DNA of 64,000 nucleotides from Trichosphaerium sp. ATCC 40318. Taxonomy: Eukaryota > Protista > Tubulinea. The notes beneath the pieces were generated by a model. The model was not told the DNA's origin. It made no database searches and was given only the letters and a program-made list of their open reading frames with translations. The DNA lies in assembly GCA_038496445.1 (NCBI GenBank), contig JALMLS010000325.1:1-64000 (forward strand), read 5' to 3'. The first letter of the stretch is position 1; every line of letters starts with the position of its first letter. Below are positions 50,923-60,839 of this stretch, in pieces. The position numbers and the translations under genes are program-made.

Positions 50923-53783
50923 TCATTTTTTCTTTGTGCTTTTCTTTTTCTTCACTTTTGCATAGTTCTCTTTGATCATATCTTGTACTAAAGTGAACAC
51001 ATCTAAATCTGGCTCTCTGTTTTTTGATGCTTCTTTTAGTAGGTCTATTATTCTTTCTATCATCTTATAGAGTTGTTTCACCTTCACGAAACATCAGAGA
51101 AGGTTTGGAAAAAAAACCAAAAAATGTGTTTTAGATCGTTCAACTTACTGGCACTTTGTTTTCGACTAGCATATTGTATGTTTTATCTAGTCCAGTCTTA
51201 AACTCATTATCACCGAATGCTTTGTATACAAGCTTTTTTCCAGCTATTAAACAATACTTGGTAAGTGCTTGAAGGGTGATAGTTTTCGTGTTGCAAAAAA
51301 AAAAAAAAAAGATAATTACCTTGAGTTGCAGCAATGACTTGAACGAATGCTTTTAAGTTTTTATCACCTTTGAATGCTCCACCACCCCTTTAGATATACT
51401 GGTTAGTATGTCACCTAGAAAATAATGTATAAGTTCTCACCAATGTCCAGTGGCGATAACGTCGTTTGAGCTTGAAGAAAATCCAAGGTAAGCCTTATTA
51501 CATTCACGCAAGAACTTTTCCTAAAATATTCTTAGAGACGCTAAACCAACTTTTTTGAAAACAACTTTACCTTCGAATTGATGCCACATACTGTTGCTAA
51601 AAATAAACATTAGATATTGTACGTTGTTTAAGTTTGTAATCAAGAAAAACGTGTGAGAATGAAAACTATTCGAAATTTTCAACAAAAAAAAGTTACCATC
51701 AATGCCGATAACTTCATGAAGGTTCTCATCTTTTGATGGTTCCTTTTTGATCCTAAAACTTTTTGTGTATCCTTTATAATCATTTACACGATTTAAATTG
51801 GATACACACCAAGCTTGCCTTAAAGTAAACGTTTCAGTAACAATGAAGATAAAAGTTCCATCAAAAAACAAAACGAAAAAGTCGTTTTGACTCACGTGTC
51901 ATCAATATGCGGTATTATCGCTAACATCATTAATACCTCTGGGAAAATACCCATCAGTACTTCCTATAATATGTAAGTAAAGATAAGGGTTTCTAAGAAA
52001 GGTATCAGACGCTACCTCTTGAGTCCATATCTAAATGGTAAAAGTTAGTTAACGAAGAGTTCAAAACAAGCCATACCAAACTAGATAATATTGTTCCTCC
52101 AGGATATGGATCAGCAAAGCATATCTTAGAAGCTCCATCAACATCCTCAAGACCACCTTCAAGGTCCACTTGAACAAAGAGTTAAAAGATGAAATATGTT
52201 GACCATAAAACAATTTAAACCTTGGTACCTTGAAGATCACAAAGTTGTTGGTTTGAATTCTCCCAATCAGGTTCATCAAAAACACAATTTTCTACGCCTG
52301 GAGGCTTTTCTTTAGGATCTCCTAAACGGTTTTTAAACACGTGGATGTAATAAAACATGATATTTTTACCTTTGGGTTTCAACTGTAGCCACCTAATCAT
52401 TACGTTCTCATCATCTTCTTTGAAGTCTGAAACATTTTTGTATTGGTTGAAGTAATGTGTCAATGCAACAACAAGTTGTCGTTTTCCTATACTACCAAGA
52501 GCCAATATGCCTGCCTTGAACGTTGATAATCTACTTAACTTGCTGGACTTGTCCTGGTGTCTTCCAAAGAACCCAAGGAAGAAAATGGACATCAATGTGT
52601 GAACTTGTAGTCTTGTACTGTCGTGAATGTTAGACACAACTTCTTTTTGGAAAAGAGATCGACGTACAAGGTTTTATAGTTTCCTGGTTCAATTAGTTTT
52701 AACTCTGATATAAGCTTCTTTGCGGTTGATACTTGGTCTATCATGAACGAAAAAGGACCATCCTATAAAGATATAAATAATCATCTTATTGAATAGCTTC
52801 AAAAAACACGAAATGACAGCCATAAGTTTTGTCAATAATGGCCGTCGTTAACGGCCACTTAAAGATTACTGTTCTATTTCCAAAGGTCTGTAGAATTGTG
52901 TAAAGGAACTCAAACACAGATTTTGTTGTTCGTGTTGCCATTATTGACCAAACTTATGAATGTCATTTTAAACACTTTTAATTCAGCGAACTTGCTCCGA
53001 GGATTTACTTTGCTCAATAGACTATGTATTCAATACATATTCATAGCACTCGTTTTAGAGTAATTCATGATTTAGAATCAGAATGAAAGCAAAAGAAGAA
53101 ATAGAAGCCAAGAGAGCGCTCTCTAAACACGTGCCTTATCCAAAAAGTTATCGGGAATTACAGATTTCCAATTAGTCAAGTTCTTTTTCTGCGCCTTGGC
53201 CCCTAAAAGGAGTTATGTTAAACACATATAGGGTACCCTATTAAAATCTTACTAATTGGACGATCATTAGGCTTCACAAAGAAGTTTTTCTTGAAGAAAA
53301 CAATTAGTGATCAAACAACATTAACTTTAGAGAAAAAAAAAAACGGTACCGAAAACACAGCCAGTTTGGTATCATCACTAGCATTAACAACTAAATCTCT
53401 TGATTTTTTTAAATATTGAATAATACTGTCCCATTGAATATAGATTTGCCATGGAAGGAGAAGCTAAAAGAAATTAATGAGCTAACAAAACGAAACCTAG
53501 AAAAAAAAAACATACCTCAAGATTGTCTTCTTTCGCTTTAACCTAACACGTGCGTTACAAAAAAAACCCTTAAAAACTCTTCTTTATCACTACTAAAAAA
53601 CCGTTATGACGTACAGTAGTTTTTTTATCTTTCTTATTATTATACGCAGCACCTAAAGACGAAGAGTTAGCGTAATGTCAAAAAAAAAACACAATAAAAA
53701 ATTAAAAAAAAACAATTCAAAACAAGCAGACACGTACGATTCCTTTTATCAAGCTCTTCGCTTATAAGTTTCCCCAGCGAAGC
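50923..53783 (-). CDS. PARG: Poly(ADP-ribose) glycohydrolase-like protein, copy A (first exon unresolved, upstream of 53783)
   Basis: FADPYPGGTILSSLIWTQEEVLMGIFPE, YKGY..SF, VIGIDA, RECNKAYLGF, IATGHWGGGAFKGD..LKAFVQ, VKQLY. Confidence 0.85.
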
Positions 53784-54012
53784 TAAAAAAACACAACATT
53801 AGGTTAAAGGCATAAATGTACAATCATAAAGAAAAGAGTAATCTTGATCGCAAAAACAAAATAAAAAACCAACCACGTGGTTGAAAACAGCCTAAAACAA
53901 ACTAGTTTTTTCCTTTTCAGTTTTATCCGGCGTCTGTAAAAAAAACGATATAATACTAGCATCAACAACGCCATGATATTATTATAACGCGACATCACGT
54001 GTCGTTCTAGTT

Positions 54013-54457
54013 TCAATAAACTGCATTACCAACTAATTTCCCACGTGTAGATATTTCACGCAGTTCCTTCAACATCTTCTTATTGTTGACCTTAGCATAG
54101 TCGAAACAAATAATCCCGGGAGCAATAGCTTCAAATATAATACATTTCTTTCCTGCAGCGTCATATGACTCAACACGTTCCAAGGGACCCCACCCAAAGG
54201 ATTTTGATCTGGAAAAAAATAAACGATTTAAAAAAAAAGTCTTACGAAACGTCCGAACGTTCCGAGAGATCTCATACGCACCCGCATAGGAATAAACCCT
54301 TTTTCTCTTTCTTTATATACCAGCCTTCGTCTAAACAAGTGCCAAGCCACTCTAAATCATATTTCTTATACTTGGCGGACTTACGTAAGCCGATCATTTT
54401 ATTTATTGTGAAATGAATGGTCAATGCTGTTATCACAACCTTGTTCACCTTGTTCAT
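54013..54457 (-). CDS. Small unknown protein, copy A (2 exons, ~105-125 aa)
   Basis: LRKSAKY..EWLGTCLDEGWYIKKEKKGLFLCG|SKSFGWGPLERVESYDAAGKKCII...KELREISTRGKLVG; paralog at 59120-59529 has the same intron position. Confidence 0.7.
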
Positions 54458-55094
54458 TAATATGGGTTAACAATCTCTCAAATAAGCTTCATCTTGCGTA
54501 GCAGTAGTGTGTAAGGATGCTTTTCAGTCGCGTCACATTGGAAACGCAATATTTACTTCAAACACCTTGGTGTTCGTAGGTACCATTCAACAAATAAACA
54601 CCAACACATTACGAATTCTTAAGCAGTACGTATTTACCGATTCTCTAAAATCACGTGCGCAAAGTTGTAGATGTTCGAAATACAAGTCTCGTACCGAAAC
54701 ACAAATTGGTTCGTATATACGGTCCAAATGGTCCGCTGTAACAACAATCCCAGAGGCCCTATCTGTATGTACATAAGGTGATGATAGCGATAATTTTTCT
54801 CACTTTCACTAAAATATTTCAAAAAGCCAAAATGTTTGTTAAAGTGGCTTGAAAAAGAGACCTTTCAAAACCACTTGTAGAGATTTTGATGTTAAAGCGT
54901 TTAAGACTACTTGTAAAGTAGCTGGTGGTTCAAAAAGGAGCCACCAACTAACAAGTTCACTGAATGAGCAGACAAGCTTGTAATTATCATAGGACCGGTT
55001 ACAGACCAGTATTGAACCAATATTTGCTACCTCTACAAAGCGCTAACAATAAAAGGCATAAACTCGAGAAATGATCTATTTCGAAGTAGAATAG

Positions 55095-55492
55095 ACTATG
55101 CACTATCTATTTGCATTAGTGTAACGTAACAGATGAGGGTATGAAGGTTGATGGGCGGACCCACGTTTTTTCCGAATTTGTCGAAAGAAAAAATTCGAAA
55201 AAATAGAATTCAATACAAAAACCAAATGCCTATACCCACCAATGGATCACTATATGTGAGCGAAGATCGGGTTCTAGTTCCAAGCACAGCGAGGACCCGA
55301 CCGTAAGTGAACCAGGCGCTTTCTAGTTTAGTGGACTGCCCTAGCTATGCATCTTTCTACACTTTCGAATTTTTGTTTTCGGAAAATTCAGAAAAAACTA
55401 TAGCCCCTTGATGGGTGCTCATCAATTAATTTACCTTAGAGATGGCAAATGATGAGTTAAAGGCTCTATCAGGAGCACATACTAACAACCTA
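55095..55492 (+). pseudogene. LRR-repeat remnant interrupted by a MITE
   Basis: CNVTDEGMK...LMGAH...LKALSGAHT fragments on either side of the insertion. Confidence 0.6.
55154..55407. mobile_element. MITE (~250 bp) with imperfect ~50-bp TIRs and a duplicated TTGATG(GG) target
   Basis: Left gttttttccgaatttgtcgaaagaaaaaattcgaaa versus right reverse complement gttttttctgaattttccgaaaacaaaaattcgaaa; TTGATGGG at 55148 and 55408; internal hairpin tcgggttct/aggacccga. Confidence 0.75.
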
Positions 55493-55720
55493 CGACTTGG
55501 TAGCAGACGACAGTGTCAACTCCAGCTTTTTTTTAGCAAAAAGTTTTGTCAGTGGTTGAGTATTTTCCGTTATGTTAATGTCAATAGAGCCGCATGACTT
55601 GTAGAATAACCTAAACGACGTATGTATATTTTCAAAATAAACAGTGAGGCTTATGTTGAGTTGAAGGTACATCTTTATTTACAAAAAATCCTATATGTAT
55701 GACAGACAATGTATGTATTT

Positions 55721-58700
55721 CTAGGTAAAGTGATTTTGTACTACTTGTTTAGATATCAATAGAGAGTTTGATTGAATGCTTACAACATCTTTGTTATCAA
55801 ATGTTGAATTAAAGCAAATCCACACAACACTGGGTCCTTATGCTTGGAAGCTTTCTTTAGTTCTCCTGTAGCCTCCTCTACCAACTTATACAATTGTTTC
55901 ACCTTGAAAAAAAAAAACATCAAAAAGTAATACTTCAAATTAGTTGAATGTGTATGAGCTTACTGTCACTTTGTTGTCAACTAACATCTTGTATGTTTTG
56001 TCCAGACCATCTTTAAAATCTGCATCACGGAAAGCTTTGTAGACAAGCTTTTTTCTTGCTGCGATGCATATAAGTGAGTCGTTCTTCAAAAACTTTGTGC
56101 TAAAAAACTTACCTTGAGATGCGGCAATGAGTTGAACGAGTGCTTTAACTGTTTTGTCACCCTTGAATACACCACCGCCCCTTTGATATTGGTAAGTACA
56201 CTGGCTACTAATTGTTATACGCTTACCAATGTCCAGTGGCGATTACGTCGTTTGAGCTTGAAGAAAATCCAAGGTAAGCCTTATTACATTCACGCAATAA
56301 GCTTTCCTAAAATATTCTTAGATGCAACTTGGTGAAAACAAGAAACACGTTACCTTTGTTTTGGACCCAAATACTGTTGCTAAACGAAAGGTATTAGCAA
56401 GTAGTAACAGCCAATGATGACAATGTTAAGGTTGAAAAAATCGGCTATTGAAACTCAAAAAAAAAACAGTAAAGTTACCATCAATGCCGATAAGTTCATG
56501 AAGGTCGTTATTCTTAGATGGTTCCTTTTGGATCCTAAACTTTCTATCATATCCTTTGTAATCACTACAACGATTCACATTGGATACACACCAAGCTTGC
56601 CTTAAAGTAAACGTTTCAGTAACAATGAAGATAAAAAGTTCCATCAAACAAAACGAAAAAGTCGTTTTGACTCACGTGTCATCAATGTGCGGTATTATCG
56701 CTAACATCATTAATACCTCTGGGAAAATACCCATCATTAATTCCTATGATATCAATAAGTAAATATGGGGAAGGGTTTCTAGCCAAATATCAATGCTACC
56801 TCTTGTGTCCAATGCTGCAAGAAAAATAAGTTAGTAAACAAAATACTTGAAATTGAAAGATAGTCATACCAAACCACTGCTAGATAATATTGTTCCACCA
56901 GGTGTTGGATCAGCAAAGCATATCTTAGAAGATCTATCAACATCCTCAAGACCACCTTCAAGGTCCACTTGAACAAAGAGTTAAAAGATGAAATGTGTTG
57001 ACCATTAAACAATTTAAACCTTGGTACCTTGAAGATCACAAAGTTGTTGGTTTGAATTCTCCCAATCAGGTTCATCAAAAACACAACTTTTTTGGACATT
57101 TGGAGGAGTTCCTGTAGCATCTTCTAATGTTAACAATTACATATGTACTATCTATCTACTATTTTACCTTTAGGTATCAACTGTAGCCACCTGATTATTA
57201 CGTCCTTGTCATCATCTTTGAAGTCTGAAACATTCTTGTATTGGTTGAAGTAATGTGTCAATGCAACAACAAGTTGTCTTTGTACAAGTGTAGAGAATAC
57301 CCATGCACCTGCATTGAATTCTGATACTCTGCTCATCTTAGTGTCCTTTTGTTTTGCAAAGAACCCAAGGAAGAAGAAAGACATCAATGTGTGAACCTCA
57401 CACTTAGTACTAAATGAGAAAGTCAGAAAAATAAAATGTGAAAATATGGTTGTTAATGACCACAAGCCATGTACAAGATTATTCTGTTCCCTGGCTTAAT
57501 AAGTTTTATCTCTGATATGAGCTTCTTTGCGTTTGATACTTGGTCTATCATGAACGAGAATGGACCTCCCTAAAAAGATGTAAGAAAACGGTCCATGCTG
57601 TTACAAGAAAGTAATAAAAAAAAAGTTAGACATAAACAGTTTTGAGCTTCAAACCTCGCTAAAAAAAAAGTTCCCAATGTTGTGCTTGAAGCTGTTAAGT
57701 GTAGTCATTAGAGAGTATAATACAATCTCAGATTCTTATCACACGGCTTAACTACAATCACTACTTGGGAGGAAGTTTTGCAACTCAAGTGAAAATTTTT
57801 TGTTGAACAAGTTTTACGTTCAAGTTAGCTGTGCTTCCACAACCACACTGTGGAAGCTTTACTGGTATTGTATGTGATAAGGTTTTTGTGAAATGGTGAT
57901 GATAAATGGTGATGATAAAACTGAAAACCACGGAGCTACAACGGAACTAAAGACAAAAAAAAAGTACCTTTGCCAGAAAGTTGTTTGGGAATACACCATT
58001 CCACTTTTTCATGTTTCTTTGCATTGCCCTGGGTTCTAAAGAATGTTAGTTGGTATGGTATAGTATTCATTGTAATAGGGTACTAGGAGTGGAGTCTGTA
58101 GGCTTTGCAAAGAAGTAGCTCTGCAAAAACAATTAGCGATCAACAGTAAACATAACAGGTTGGATTACCACAAGTGTTGTTAGCTTGTCTTTATCATCAG
58201 CTACAACTACTGCATCTCTTCCTTCTTTAAACGTTGCAATAACTCCATCCCATTGAATATAGACAGTCCATGGAAGGACGAGCTAGAACAAGATTAGAAC
58301 AGCACGACAAAAAAAACCCAACTTACAACCAATTCTTCGTCGGCTTCACTAACCTTAGGCTAAACAAACGTGTCAACCAAAAAACTGTTCGACTACAAAT
58401 GCGTTCTATTTGTTCGAAAATATGTCGCTATAAAGCAAGCATAGCAAGCTCAAATAGGCGCCAACAAGAGCACGTGAAGTGAGAAAAAGAGAAAAACAAC
58501 TTTATCCTATTTGACGACATATTGCAACACGTCGTACAGTTACAGGATTTTTCCCTCTCCCCTTTTTATTGTATTCAGCGACTACAAAAATAATCAGCGT
58601 TGTAACTTCAGAAATATACTACTAAACAAGAGAAACTCCGTTCAACGTACGGTTTCGTTTGTCGCGATCTTCATCTATGATTCGCTGTAGAGTGGCTAAA

Positions 58701-58793
58701 AAATCTTACGTCAGCAACAGCCACACATAGGCATTTGCTTATAAAAAAAAAAAATCAATTGTTGTATTGGATATACGCTCTCTTTTCACCCAT
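55721..58793 (-). CDS. PARG: Poly(ADP-ribose) glycohydrolase-like protein, copy B
   Basis: ATG G|gt first exon; FADPTPGGTILSSSGLHWTQEELMMGIFPE, YKGY..KF, RECNKAYLGF, TGHWGGGVFKGD, VTVKQLY; same exon structure as copy A. Confidence 0.85.
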
Positions 58794-59075
58794 TTTGTTC
58801 GAAAATTGCTAATGAATCAAAAAAATTGTGCTGACGTAAAAACCTTTTTTTCTATCGGAATATTCAAATATATGGAGTTTATAAGTGTTCGAACAAAGTA
58901 GTCCCGTTTTGTTCGAAAAATTTGATAAAAACAGAGATTGTATTAACTTTCGAACAAACTGGTTCAAAATCGATGGTAAAGCTCCAAAAGCGTTGTATAA
59001 AAAAAACCTGCGTTCGAAAAATATGTTTTTTCGAACAGTTTTTCGAACATTGTTCGAACAATATTCCTCCGAAAT
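58794..59075. repeat. Cluster of TTCGAA-centred palindromes
   Basis: About 8 (G)TTCGAA(C/A) motifs in 280 bp, e.g. attgttcgaacaat, gttcgaaaaa...tttttcgaac. Confidence 0.65.
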
Positions 59076-59119
59076 CACGTGATACGTGACACATGTTTGC
59101 AACAACAAAATTGCGCTCT

Positions 59120-59529
59120 CTAATTTACAAGCTCTAAAAAAACTGGCGTACCCACAAACGTGCCACGTGATAGTTTGCGTAGCTCTTTTATTCCTTTCTT
59201 CACTTTCTTGTCTGGTTTGTAGAGCGTAGAGTACGCAAACCCCATTATTTTGGAGTCTGTAGCCGACAGTACGACACACTTCTTTTCAGGAGCATCTCGA
59301 GCTTCTGCAGTCTCCAAGGGACCAAACCGGAACCCCTTAGGCCTAAAACAAGAACAATTACACTTTCAGATAAAGAAATTTGATAGAAGATGTTTCCTTC
59401 TGATTGTACGTACCCGCATAGAAATAAACCCTCTTTTTTTTTCTTCACATACCAATACCCCTCTTCAAAACTGCCCAACCACTCTTTTGTGTATTCAACT
59501 GCCGATTTACGTAATATTGCAGCGTTCAT
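59120..59529 (-). CDS. Small unknown protein, copy B (2 exons, ~112 aa)
   Basis: MNAAILRKSAVEYTKEWLGSFEEGYWYVKKKKEGLFLCG|PKGFRFGPLETAEARDAPEKKCVV...KELRKLSRGTFVG; intron 59343-59413. Confidence 0.75.
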
Positions 59530-60839
59530 GAGGTGTTCGTTGTTTGTACAAACTAGAATAATTACGGATATCCCGCGATTTTTCAAAAATACTGCATACT
59601 GCAGTAAGACATTAAGTATTCAATAGCCGTCGAAGCCCTGATAGCAATACACAGTACCCGAATGCTTGTTTGGTGAACCGAAACTGTAACCGTTACGTAA
59701 CCGGTTCGCATGAACATATTATTATGTCTGATTCAAAACCCTGGAACCCTAGAACACTGGGACAAGCGTGAAGGTGTGAGTAATATCTCGTAACCTATCT
59801 TGAAAGGTGATTGTTGCACAAATACGAACAATAATTTCTTGAACGGATTGCCAAAATACGCGCCGATTTTTGTAAGTGCTTCACCTCTCATATCAATGCC
59901 TTATCTTATGTGAATGTAGCTTGGAATGGAGGGCTCTATTGTTAAGTTCTGAATGTGTAAATTATTTACATTTTTACTTGTTTTTTGGCGTTACATTACA
60001 AAAAAAATTAAATTCTGAGCAAAACTACACAAAGTATAAAACAGCTCCGTAGCCCTACTACTTCCCTAGGTATTTTCGTGGCGGGCGCTTATGATTTAGT
60101 AGGATATTACTTCTACCTTCAGTGAACGCAAGCGGTCCAAAAGGTAGAACATAACAGTCCGTTCAACGACATCATACCAATTATTATAACAAAACTACTG
60201 CATTTGCTCGACTGGTAAACTAGACATGTTCACATGCCTACATTTGTTTCGGGTTTTTTTTTTCTTATGTGAAAGAGAGGGACGTAACCTCACTTGAACG
60301 AATGAAGTTAGCGAAAGAAAATAAGGAACACGGATGTGAGTGAGCCTTACTGGTCTTGATGATGATCATTAACATCATCAAGATAGGGGGAACTATGGAT
60401 GCTCTGAATGAACTGTTAAGTATTGTCCGTATCATTCAAGTTTGCAACAGGTTTGGCGTAAGATCTTGCAAGAACTAACAAAACTGACAGATCAAACACT
60501 AAAACCTCAAAGAAAAGAAATTCCAAGCGCTTCTTTAGCTTGCCATGCAGGCGAGAAGGACTTTGTTAACAGCATCGTTACGGAAGAAGATGCAAGCCAA
60601 ATACATGTTACAACGTTTAATATCTTAAATTTGGTTCTAATATTCCTGTACACCTCATATCAGATACTGATTTGGGAGGTACAATTTTTTTTTCGCTGAA
60701 AGATTATTGAATTAAATCATCTTGAAAGAATGTACAGTACAAGTTTTATTTTGACAAAAGGGGTGCAACTATTTGTTTTTGTAATTACTTTTTGGGGTTT
60801 TTTTTTTTTTTGAAGAACCTTAGTTAAGTTACGTTATTA

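Noticed and set aside
59600-60700. Exon-like fragments between small gene B and the NDR kinase
   Set aside because: Stops in all plausible frames and no recognisable homology
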